Source of the DNA: an uncultured delta proteobacterium
Lineage (GTDB): Bacteria > Myxococcota > Myxococcia > Myxococcales > Myxococcaceae
DNA: 64,000 nucleotides
Assembly: GCA_963776345.1 (NCBI GenBank)
Contig: CAVZMH010000019.1
Coordinates: 160,001 to 224,000 of the forward strand
Reading direction: 5' to 3'
The position numbers and the translations under genes are program-made. Within the stretch, counting starts at the first letter, position 1; the number at the start of each line of letters is the position of its first letter. Shown piece after piece: positions 39,401-46,686 of this stretch. The notes below the pieces were generated by a model, which saw only the letters and a program-made list of their open reading frames with translations, searched no databases and was not told the DNA's origin.

Positions 39401-41019
39401 GGGTTGGCGATGGGCGGCCCGCCCTTGGCGCCGACGATCAGGGTCACCGTCGCGGTCAGGGTGGACACTCCGTTGCCCACGTAGGTGAACTGGTCGGATC
39501 CGGTGTAGCCCTTGGTCGGGGTGTAGGTGAAGCGGCCGTCGGCGAGGAGGCTCAACGTGCCGTGGCTGACGTTGCCGGAGAGCGCGACCTTCGAGACCCC
39601 CACGTCGTTCGCCGTCACGTCACCGCTCTTGGAGCCGTTGTACGGGACGTTGAAGCTGTCGGAGTTGGCGGCGGCCGCGACCGCGGTGGGGAGGTTCCCG
39701 GGCGCGCCGGGCACCGGGACGGTGCTGGCCACCCCGCCGACGGTGACCTGCTGGGTCGGCGCCGCGGCGTGGTTCACCAGGATGAAGCCCTGCATGCCGC
39801 CGTTGGGATGATTGTCCGTGCTCAGGCTGAGCGACCGGTCGAAGACCGGATAGGTGCCGGACGCGTAGCTGCTGCCGCTGGCGCTGGCCGGCGGGCTCAT
39901 CAGCACATCCAGCGTCTTGCCCGCGGTGAGCAGGACCTCGCTCTGGGCCTTGGGGTTGCCGGGGGCGAGGTTCCCATCCTCCGCCACCAGCCTCATGCCC
40001 GGCGCGCCGACGATGGTCGGCACGTGGGTGCGCGAGCCCGTGTTCAGCAGGCGGACCAGCATGTTCCCCGAGCGGTACGCCGCAGTGTCGCCCAGCAGGT
40101 ACTGGGAGGCCTGCGGCGCGGTCCGGTCGAACGCCTGGCCGTTGATGAAGAAGTAGGTCGGCGTGTAGTTCACCGCCGCTGGGTACGCGGGGCGGCAGGA
40201 GCCGGGCGTACGGGCGCAGGTCGGGTCGTTGCGGAAGTTGAGGTCCGCCCCGGCGTTGGCTGCCGCATCCACCGCGGCGTTCTGCACCGGGTCCATCTCG
40301 CTCAGGAGCAGCGCGATCTCGTCGTCGTAGCTCACCCCCGGATACGCGGTGCCCGCCGCGGTGGCGGTGGGCGCGGTGGTGACCACCAGCACGCCGTAGA
40401 GGCCCATCGGGACCTCGAGCGAGGGCAGGGTGCCGGTCTCGTAGATGTACGTGCCCGGCTTGAGGTTGTTCCAGGTCAGCGTGGCAGTCGCCCCGGGTGC
40501 GACCTCCAGGCCGAACGAACGGACCCGCGGTCCCTGGGGCGGGGGCACGAAGGCAGGGCCGTCGGGCCGGACGTCGGCGTTCCCGGGGAAGGTGGTGAAG
40601 TTCTGCGCGTTGTGGACCGGCCCGGCCATCATGGTCGGCGTGCCGACGCCACCGCCGGCCTGGCCGAGGATGACCAGCGAGGTCGGCAGCTTGAGGTTGT
40701 TGGTCAGGTTGATGGAGAGGTCGTCTCCGGCGGCGGCCACGAGGGTCGGCCCCGGCGCCCAGCTGCCTCCGGAGACGCAGCCGGTGGACCCGGTCTGGCA
40801 GAAGCCCCACATCGGCGAGGCCGTCCCGTCGCGGAGCACGGTGGTCATCCGCTGGGCGGTCAGGTTCACCGTCTTGCTGAGGCCCTGGGTGATGCGTCCG
40901 GAGTTGGCGTTGGCCGCGCTCGATGGCGCGCGTCCGTTTCCGGTGCAGGCGGTGGCGGCGGCCAGCAGGACGCCGAGCGCGGCCGGCAGGCGAAGGCTCT
41001 GTGAGTGGCGGAGGTGCAC
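33433..41019 (-). CDS. Giant (~2528 aa) lipoprotein: ligand-less cupredoxin-like pair, cadherin/Big-like repeats, SdrD-B-like and IPT/TIG-like domains, right-handed beta-helix, choice-of-anchor-Q-like tail
   Basis: GAGGAG RBS plus GTG 41019; AATAC lipobox; WAPGPTL, PGTYIYETG, YFFING; FTYTPTKGYTGSDQFTY, PGVLANDTD; YQDLNKNGIYDADEPG; ITSWSDQSITVTVP; SIQAAIEAASPGD, repeated GGG-I/N motifs; RPSGGGYDIGADE. Confidence 0.85.
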   Translation of the reverse strand: MHLRHSQSLRLPAALGVLLAAATACTGNGRAPSSAANANSGRITQGLSKTVNLTAQRMTTVLRDGTASPMWGFCQTGSTGCVSGGSWAPGPTLVAAAGDDLSINLTNNLKLPTSLVILGQAGGGVGTPTMMAGPVHNAQNFTTFPGNADVRPDGPAFVPPPQGPRVRSFGLEVAPGATATLTWNNLKPGTYIYETGTLPSLEVPMGLYGVLVVTTAPTATAAGTAYPGVSYDDEIALLLSEMDPVQNAAVDAAANAGADLNFRNDPTCARTPGSCRPAYPAAVNYTPTYFFINGQAFDRTAPQASQYLLGDTAAYRSGNMLVRLLNTGSRTHVPTIVGAPGMRLVAEDGNLAPGNPKAQSEVLLTAGKTLDVLMSPPASASGSSYASGTYPVFDRSLSLSTDNHPNGGMQGFILVNHAAAPTQQVTVGGVASTVPVPGAPGNLPTAVAAAANSDSFNVPYNGSKSGDVTANDVGVSKVALSGNVSHGTLSLLADGRFTYTPTKGYTGSDQFTYVGNGVSTLTATVTLIVGAKGGPPIANPDTFSSNVAGKFSAARPGVLANDTDPSNYTLTACVADSTGACPASAVSASTCSAVTLNPDGSFSATASGASCHFRYRAVNSQGTQSTSTALVTINFAAASNLAVSVVDATDGTAIGDYRWTLQEDLTFKSEQSVTPSVSTRTIGTSFHRSHMTVVATGCVGAVSCGAGQSVRGQPVTINLASVETRPDRVALDASKRYYISILPGDAGNPAGGCDPTTSTVCAADGSGHIMGGAEIRPLANGTWAPVSIKLQKTPIQPAQLSIYIYEDNAPTNGQNDLNENGLGGFNIILMDPAGRTGDVAGQQTYDAFNMPLSNALLGTPGCPDELNRRTNGNQTTADGNLVGAVYTCPNAPPGYNGDPARYALAGHALIKNLTPARYDVIAHPAAAREEAGEVWWQTETLEGTPAQDAFVGINEPVYFQEFGPPGFHTTIGFVNPGHVAAYATANRLTGPATIVGKVTNQHMSHPSDVTLWDSSSYDLLFSTTCQVVLNSQSGTGPAIAAAQCDPDGNYTLAGIPAGTYDLAVFDQWLDQIIQNVAVTVPPGVNRVDMGNIPVLSWFTQYDQNIYQDLNKNGIYDADEPGISNEVLTVRYRNGAPSNATLSDSAGNGILVELFPLFNWYVAEADTSRFKQTGVHIWVDGGGKPDTSGIGQFLWTSTYPTGESSVRVETPGALSYGVQSFISQRNRVDWGRTPYVPTENGGIIGTVVYSSTRPFDDQRLNVQTIWEPLVPRVTVNLYEQKTLPDGSETLHLVDSTQTSSWDDWVNLVYGADNNQYLLGPDNKLRNPTTGALASPGAYPPGRQVNMQCPGQLATDPFTNFTLGPNDRQRCYDGFHNWNQVQAAPYDGRYTFPSAAYVNAHPLSATDRAAGKTLVSLPPGTYVVEAVTPPGYEIVKEEDKNILIGDAFNAPATQQFGPLGSIFILPDQATLNNANPYNPNTGDQGFQSDPTTNLGIYTNSTATQFPECAGNLHRVPDFLTVFPQAQQVAPFAGMDRPLCDRKRVVLNDQMQTAANFFVFTPVPVASNNTGIILDDASSEFNAIAPDFGEKASVPFVPVSVKDFSGMEISRTYSDQWGAYNMLTASSWLVNPPTPSGYGPNMLITCMNDPGPIPDPSGAIDPATGKVKMITDPAYNPSYSNFCYTNPFMPGQTTYLDTPVLPIAAFAAGYNPPDCAQPDNAPVIKRVDSSAGFGPYLPVAGGTLTITAEGDQQVINPAYSGPFALAGAASQRTLTRHYGFGGGQGTVKIGDVDISGGITSWSDQSITVTVPPRTPSGELVVTTAAGRSTVDAVTMTLERATLTSPTRVASGQSIQAAIEAASPGDLILIDAGTYNELVVMWKPVRLQGVGASSVIINAAKYPNSKLAGWRQKINALFSIDATTGNQIGTAQVDPLPTQEITGGVVLLEPSVLGTEEGPGIAVLAKDLPANQCLNANGNGGPNSTYGSRIRASNFRCASSRIDGISVTGGDAGGGIYVNGWAHGLEISNNRVYGNAGAYHGGIRVGVPFLELDGLPGGLTGGRINGLAYDENVRVHHNSITKNGTVEAPAGSGGAGGGLSICAGTDHYSIDHNFICGNYSSSDGGGIGHVGFSQGGVIAFNQILFNQSFQQTSSTHGGGIAIEGEPPIAGAVSMGTGDVTVDANVIRGNFAEGGQGGGIRLSQVNGQDVTGFPNNAARWHVIALTNNIIDNNVAGWAGGGISMADTLRASIINNTIASNDSAGIAGVVVAGGVTLPGTTPGQAGRGYPSPAGIVSEPTSAALLAQLATNAQRNANAISQPTALSNNILWQNRSFFYSGNGQLCVGNSRAAAAPGAGCTVLPDQTATGQCPSGARYWDLGVLADASVNPGARRLNPTFSVITSSTGYPGAGLRTTSPGLVAQYCNGSRAVVELGTVVNPPAVLNLQVAATVDEGNNYVNMRFGPLFVEHPTSKALVGNYHLGAGASAINTGTASGAPNHDFDNQTRPSGGGYDIGADEWISGPVQPFLAATTQ

Positions 41020-41047
41020 GGGATTCTCCTCGATCGTCCTGCGCGGC

Positions 41048-42529
41048 TCAGAGGGATTCATCGATGAACCAGGTCGGAGGATCGACGAGCAGCATCGTCA
41101 TGATCCCGCCGGGGAAGACGTCGTTGGTCGTGATCTCGCGCTCGTTGTGCGAGTGCCACATGTACGCGTAGCCAGCCTCGGGGTTCTGGTTGAGCGTCCC
41201 CGGCGGCTCGTTGGTGGTCGTGAAGCCCGAGCCCGCGGGCTGGAGCCCGAGGTAGGGCGTGCCGCCGTACCACTGGCCGATGGCCACGATGTTCGGGTCG
41301 GGCGGGGTGACCGGGATGGGCTTGTTGTGGTCCTGGCACCACTCACCGAAGTTGGGATCCGTCCGGACCGAGTGGTAGCCGTTCGCGTCCGGGGTGCAGG
41401 CGGTGCCGTCGCCCGGGTGGTGGTTGTAGACGTCCCAGTTCAGGCCCTTGCCGGTCCAGGTGAAGATCTGGTCCTGGGTCTGACCGGAGACGGTGGGGGT
41501 GGTGAAGAGCAGCGGGCCGGCGAGCGCGGTGGGGTCCGTGGCGCTGAGCAGGAGATTGCCGTCGCGGGCCAGCACTCGGGCGTGGTTGCCGTGGAAGTGG
41601 TACGGGTGCTGCCACCGCCCCTGCCCGGCGATGCGCATCAGCACCAGCTCGCCCGGGTGCATGTGGGGATTGCAGTTGTAGGGCTGGTGCAGGTACCCGG
41701 GGGCGTAGGCGGTGTCCATGTCGTCCGGGAGCGACCGCCCGTTCAGCAGGTAGTAGTTGGGCCGGTAGGGCTCGGTCTGCACCCGGATCTCCGGGCAGGG
41801 GCCGGTGGGGCAGGCCTTCACCTGCGCCAGCACCCGGTCGTGGATCCTCGAGTCGAGCTCGCTGATCTGGAAGAGGTACTCGCGGTCGTAGCAGGAGGAG
41901 GGATGGTCATACGCCGCGGTGGAGAGCGCGAAGGCGGAGGTCCTCACGCAGCTCGCCGGGGGTGACTTGGGAAGGACGATGATCACCCCGAAGAGCCCCA
42001 TCTCGATCTGCAGATCGGCCTGCGTCCCGCTGTAGTAGGCGTGCGTTCCGGGCGTGGTGGCGACGAAGGAGTAGGTCACGGTGCTTCCGGGCACCGCCTC
42101 CTGCGTGTACGCCCCGGAGACCCCGCCGGTGGTGGTCACCGTGAAGCCCGGGAAGACGATGGAGGTGTTCCCCGCCGCGGCCGGAAGGCTGTTCCTCAAC
42201 CGCACGGTGACCGTGTCCCCCTCGGTGACGATCATCGTGGGGCCGGGCATCTGCATCTGGGGGCAAACCGGCGCCGGCCCAGTGCTGCCCTGCACCTGCC
42301 CGGGGCGGAACCCCGCCGGTGCGCCGTCGCAGCCGTAGCCCCAGGAGTAGATGGAGTTGCCGTCGGGCTGGCTCACGTACTCGGCGCTGGCCACCAGGGA
42401 GAAGCTCGGCCCGCTGATGCCGTGCACCGCGGCCTGCGCGGGCCGGATCGACGCCCAGGCCGCGATGGCGGCCAGCGCGAAGAGCGCTGCGGATGAGGTG
42501 CTGCGGAGGATCCTCGTCAGTCGAGTCAT
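41048..42529 (-). CDS. Two-domain multicopper-oxidase-family protein with Cu-ligand motifs only in domain 2
   Basis: Sec-type signal; MPGPTMIVTEGDTV; domain 1 reads NTSIVFPG and YYSGTQ at the motif positions; domain 2 has HPYHFHG and YMWHSH. Confidence 0.88.
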   Translation of the reverse strand: MTRLTRILRSTSSAALFALAAIAAWASIRPAQAAVHGISGPSFSLVASAEYVSQPDGNSIYSWGYGCDGAPAGFRPGQVQGSTGPAPVCPQMQMPGPTMIVTEGDTVTVRLRNSLPAAAGNTSIVFPGFTVTTTGGVSGAYTQEAVPGSTVTYSFVATTPGTHAYYSGTQADLQIEMGLFGVIIVLPKSPPASCVRTSAFALSTAAYDHPSSCYDREYLFQISELDSRIHDRVLAQVKACPTGPCPEIRVQTEPYRPNYYLLNGRSLPDDMDTAYAPGYLHQPYNCNPHMHPGELVLMRIAGQGRWQHPYHFHGNHARVLARDGNLLLSATDPTALAGPLLFTTPTVSGQTQDQIFTWTGKGLNWDVYNHHPGDGTACTPDANGYHSVRTDPNFGEWCQDHNKPIPVTPPDPNIVAIGQWYGGTPYLGLQPAGSGFTTTNEPPGTLNQNPEAGYAYMWHSHNEREITTNDVFPGGIMTMLLVDPPTWFIDESL

Positions 42530-42548
42530 CGGCTCGGTCTCCCCTCGT

Positions 42549-44009
42549 CTACTGGACGCGGATCTCGGTCATCATGCCGCCGAAGTTCTCGGCGTCATTC
42601 GACAGGTGGTCGAGGTTGGTCGCGTAAAGAAAATAGGTTCCGGACGCGACACCGTTCGCGTCGAGGATCACGTCGAGGGATTCGCCTCCGCCGAGCGTGA
42701 TCGAGTTGGTGTTGTAATAGAGATTGTTTCCAGCCATGTCCCGGAGCAGGCGCGCGTTCAGGGCGATCACCGTCATGGGAATGCCGATGGTCCCCAGGGT
42801 GGTGTGCTCGGTCACGCTCAGGTCCGAGATGCGGAGGAGCGCCCGGCCGTTGGTGGGGATGGTGATGATGCTCGGCAGCGGCTGGGCGGGGCGCGACACC
42901 CCGTCCGCGGAGAGCGTGTCGATCACGCCCGGATTGACCGTGTCCGGATACCCACGGCCATTCAGCAAGAAATACTTGTCCTTCATGTCGGCGAAGGCCT
43001 CCGGATTGAAGGTCATGCCGACGTAGTGAAAGTTGGGATCGAACCCCATCATCTGGATGGGGTACTCGACGTCGTAGCGGGTCGAGCCGTCGCCGTCGTT
43101 GTAGGCGTAGTTGGCGCCGCCGGTGACGGAGTTGGCCGCCGGCGCCGGGGTCTGGCCGGTGCAGAGGATGTCCGAGCACCGCAGCCCGTCCCAGGCGGCC
43201 TGGTCGGCCGCGCCGTTCGGGCGGGCCGCGCGCTTGTTGGCGGCGATCAGCGCGTCACGAACGAGGTCGCTGCGCCTCAGCCGGCTCTGGCGGGGCCGCA
43301 CGTAGAGCTGGCCCACCATGCCCATCTGGAGATGTTCGGGCGGGGTGATGTGGCAGTGCCAGAAGTAGGTCCCGGCCTCGGGCGCCGTGTAGTAGTAGGT
43401 GAAGCTCCCGCCGATGTTGATGGCGATCGACGCGTCCGGCACGCCGTCGAAGAACGATGAGGCGTTGGGGTACCCGTGGAAGTGGACGGTGTGCTGCTCG
43501 AAGAGGTCCGGGCGCATGATCATCCCGGGGTTGCTGAGGGTGAGGAAGAACTCGTCGTCCTCGTCGATGGCCATCATCGGCGCCGGCGCGTTCGCCGCCA
43601 GCACGCCCATGTCCATGATCCCCGCGGGCTCGGTGATCGCGCCGTCGTTCGGGTTGTCCCGGACGTTGGGCCCCTGCACCGTGGAGTAGTTGGGCCCGGT
43701 GTACGGGGTGTTGAAGACCCGCGCCGTCTGGGTCCCCGGGAGCCCGTCCTCGATGTCCCGGAGGCCCGAGAGCGGGCTGAAGCCGAAGAGGTAGATCTGC
43801 GTGCCGTCGCCCATGGTGGCGTAGCCGTCCCCGCCGCCGATGTGCTGGCACTTGATGACCCCGGGATGGTCGGGGTCGCGCGTGCTGCCGTTGGGGTGGA
43901 GGTCCGTCTGGGTCGGGCACTGGACCCGGAAGGACTGGGCGCTCGCCGGCACGGCCGCCAGCAGCACCCACATCGCAAGAAGCGACGACGTTCGATTCAC
44001 GTTTCGCAT
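42549..44009 (-). CDS. Two-domain multicopper-oxidase-family protein with a type-1 Cu site and His ligands only in domain 1
   Basis: Sec-type signal (ASA|Q); HTVHFHG and YFWHCHITPPEHLQMGM in domain 1; domain 2 reads HTTLGTIG and FLYATNLDH. Confidence 0.9.
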   Translation of the reverse strand: MRNVNRTSSLLAMWVLLAAVPASAQSFRVQCPTQTDLHPNGSTRDPDHPGVIKCQHIGGGDGYATMGDGTQIYLFGFSPLSGLRDIEDGLPGTQTARVFNTPYTGPNYSTVQGPNVRDNPNDGAITEPAGIMDMGVLAANAPAPMMAIDEDDEFFLTLSNPGMIMRPDLFEQHTVHFHGYPNASSFFDGVPDASIAINIGGSFTYYYTAPEAGTYFWHCHITPPEHLQMGMVGQLYVRPRQSRLRRSDLVRDALIAANKRAARPNGAADQAAWDGLRCSDILCTGQTPAPAANSVTGGANYAYNDGDGSTRYDVEYPIQMMGFDPNFHYVGMTFNPEAFADMKDKYFLLNGRGYPDTVNPGVIDTLSADGVSRPAQPLPSIITIPTNGRALLRISDLSVTEHTTLGTIGIPMTVIALNARLLRDMAGNNLYYNTNSITLGGGESLDVILDANGVASGTYFLYATNLDHLSNDAENFGGMMTEIRVQ

Positions 44010-44086
44010 GGCAGGGACGCTCCTCGCAGGTTCCGGGAGGGACCGGGGTGGGAAGGGGGGAGGGCGGAGGTCGCGGTTCGGCGAGG

Positions 44087-44103
44087 TGCGTCAAAATGAC
44101 GCA
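44087..44103. promoter_or_regulatory. Perfect palindrome upstream of the multicopper-oxidase operon
   Basis: TGCGTCA-AAA-TGACGCA, ~78 bp before ATG 44009. Confidence 0.6.
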
Positions 44104-44581
44104 TACGGACAGTACGTGTCTCTGTCCATTCGGAGACTGCCGCGCGAGCCTGAGAGTTCAGGCACGCTGGATTCCCCAGCTCTCGCCGCAACACCTGTGA
44201 CCGCCCCCGTCTGGCCCGGCGCGTCTTACGTCTTCGTGCATCCGCGCACGTTCTGCGCCGAGGTGAGCCAAGACGTTCCCTCGGCTTGCAGGCGAGTGTC
44301 TAGAGGTTCGGTGGAATTTCGTCAGGGGGATTGACAAGAGCGGGCTTGTCGGCCTGCTGGGTCAGTTCCGCCCCGGTCGAATTCCCGAGCGGAATCCGTG
44401 GTCTTCACTCACAGTGCGAGCCTCCTGGACTGAAGTCCGGGTCTCGGGCGACCGCCCAGCACTGAACAATGCCCTCCCGCAAACGCTCGGCCAGGTGTCA
44501 GCGCTCGTGGGTCGTCCCGCAACGAATGCGCGCCCGGGTGTCAGCGGTCATGCATCGTCCACGGCCGTTTCTGCGCAGCCG

Positions 44582-46198
44582 TCAGGGCAGCGCGATGCGG
44601 CCCGGCGCGCCCGACGCGCCCTGCAGCGTGTGGCAGGTGTTGCAGTCGCCGCTGCTCACCGCGCCGGACATGATCCGCGTGCCGCCGTCGAAGGTGATCT
44701 GCGCGCGGATGGGGAACACCGGCCAGCTTCCGCTCGCCTGCCCGTAGAAGTTGCCCGCCTGGTTGACGGTGAACGACCGGGTCACGCCGTTGTTGTCGGT
44801 GATCGACACCCGGGCGTTCTGCGCGGCGCGGCCGTAGCAGTCGTTGTACTCGTGCCCGGTGGGGTAGGCGGTGCCGGCGATGGCAAAGGTGGGCGCCTCG
44901 CCTCCGGTCGTCTGGTGGCACGCGATGCAGGCCAGACCCGGGTGCATGTTCGAGCTGCCCTCGTCACCCCGCGTCCAGTAGGTGTTGCTGGTGCAGGTGG
45001 GCGGTCCGGAGAACACCGGATCCGGAGTTCCGGCGTCCACCGTGCAGGTCCCGGGCTGCATCCCGGCGCTCACCCAGGCGGAGAACGCGCTCTGCTTGGC
45101 GGCGGCCACCGGCGCCGCGGGCAGCGGCGGCATGGGGCTGGTGGTGCTGGCCATGCGCTGCACGCAGGCCTGGCCGTTGGTGACCGCGGGGTTGCTCGGC
45201 GACGAGGCGCGGAGCTGCGACAGCGAGGTCAGCGCCATCGGGGCGCTGCCGGTGGGTGGATTCCCGTGGCAGCTGGTGCAGGAGCTGGTGAGCACGTCGG
45301 CCACGTCGCACGGCAGGTCTCCGCTCACGCCCGCGTCCGATGGCCCGGCGTCCACGCCGCCATCGCCGAGCGGCGGCGGTCCGGCGTCCACCGGCGTGGT
45401 GCAGCTGCCCGCGGGCATGCCGCCCGACACCCAGGTCGAGAACTCGGTCGCCGCGGCCGCCGGAACCCCGGCGTAGGGGGAGGGAGGCATGGGGCTGGTG
45501 CTGCTGGTCATCCGCGTGACCGACCGCTGGCCCTCGGTCTGGGTCGGATAGGTGGGCGAGGTGGCCCGCAGCGCTGCCAGCGAGTTGAGCGACATCGGCG
45601 CGCTGTTGCTCGGAGGCGACCCGTGGCAGCCGGTGCAGTACGTCCCGAGCGTCTGGGCGACGCCGCAGGGCAGGTCGTTGCTCACGCCTGCGTCGGTCGG
45701 GCCGGCGTCGACGCCTCCGTCCCCGAGCGGCGGCGGTCCCGCATCGCCGGATGGCGCGATGCAGCTGCCCGCGGGCATGCCCGCGTTGATCCAGGTGGAG
45801 AAGGTGGAGATCTGCGTGGATGTCGCCCGGGCGTACGGCGCAGGGGGCATCGGCGAGGTGGAGCTCTGGATGCGCTCCAGCGCCAGCGCCCCGTTGCTCT
45901 TCGAGGGCTGCGAGTACGAGGGCGCCTTCAGCGCGGCGAGGCTGTCCAGCCGGTTGGGCGCCCCGTTCATCGGGACCGGCCCGTGGCAGAGGAGACAGTC
46001 GGCCCCGAGGAAGCCCGCGACGTCGCACGGGAGGTCGGTCGGGGTCTGCACCGGGCCTGCGTCGCCACCCGTGCCGACGGTCGGCGGACCGCCGGACGTC
46101 GGGCCCTGAGCGACCTCGCCGGAGTAAGTCCCGAAGCTGCACGCACCCATCGCCCCGATGGCGAGGACGACCGGGACCAACCAGCGCGCGCGACCCAT
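44582..46198 (-). CDS. Pentaheme c-type cytochrome lipoprotein built from three tandem monoheme modules and a diheme C-terminal domain
   Basis: AMGAC lipobox; three LPC-x9-CxxCHG...PMPP...W repeats (CLLCH, CTGCH, CTSCH) joined by DGG/DAG linkers; CIACH and CNTCH at the C-terminus. Confidence 0.85.
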   Translation of the reverse strand: MGRARWLVPVVLAIGAMGACSFGTYSGEVAQGPTSGGPPTVGTGGDAGPVQTPTDLPCDVAGFLGADCLLCHGPVPMNGAPNRLDSLAALKAPSYSQPSKSNGALALERIQSSTSPMPPAPYARATSTQISTFSTWINAGMPAGSCIAPSGDAGPPPLGDGGVDAGPTDAGVSNDLPCGVAQTLGTYCTGCHGSPPSNSAPMSLNSLAALRATSPTYPTQTEGQRSVTRMTSSTSPMPPSPYAGVPAAAATEFSTWVSGGMPAGSCTTPVDAGPPPLGDGGVDAGPSDAGVSGDLPCDVADVLTSSCTSCHGNPPTGSAPMALTSLSQLRASSPSNPAVTNGQACVQRMASTTSPMPPLPAAPVAAAKQSAFSAWVSAGMQPGTCTVDAGTPDPVFSGPPTCTSNTYWTRGDEGSSNMHPGLACIACHQTTGGEAPTFAIAGTAYPTGHEYNDCYGRAAQNARVSITDNNGVTRSFTVNQAGNFYGQASGSWPVFPIRAQITFDGGTRIMSGAVSSGDCNTCHTLQGASGAPGRIALP

Positions 46199-46686
46199 AC
46201 AGCCCCCGAGGTACCGACGGACCCCCTTCCTTGTCCGATTGACCCTGAGTCCGTCACCACGAATTTCGCGGGTGGGTGAAGGGCGTCCGGTGTCGCACGT
46301 GTCTCCCCCGCATGCGCCGGCGGGCACACGGTCCGGGACCCGCCCGGGCGGCCGTCCGGTGCTCGGCCTCGAGCGCGAGCGCGGCCCGGCGACCTGGTCC
46401 AGCACATGTGCGGACCGATCGAATTTCGACGCTGCGGTGACGACGCTCTCGTGCACGGGATCTCGAAGATCAGCAGGCCCCGGACGGCGCGCGCTCGGCG
46501 CGCCTGCGCTCGAACCTCCTGTGTCCACCCATCCGCCCGGGCGATCGCGGAACGCCGCCGGCACGGCGCGCGGTCGGCCCCGCACCGTCTCCGGCCAGCG
46601 CCGCTCCGTCCCGCCGCCCGGACACCAGGGAGGTCGCCGCCCTCCGGAGCGACCTGGCCCGCGCCTCGCAATCGCGGCCGCGGGCG

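Noticed and set aside
42549..44009. Copper nitrite reductase (nirK) or stand-alone laccase call
   Set aside because: Domain 1 has HCH and HxHG trinuclear-type motifs rather than the NirK YHC pattern, and domain 2 lacks the His motifs needed for a self-sufficient laccase
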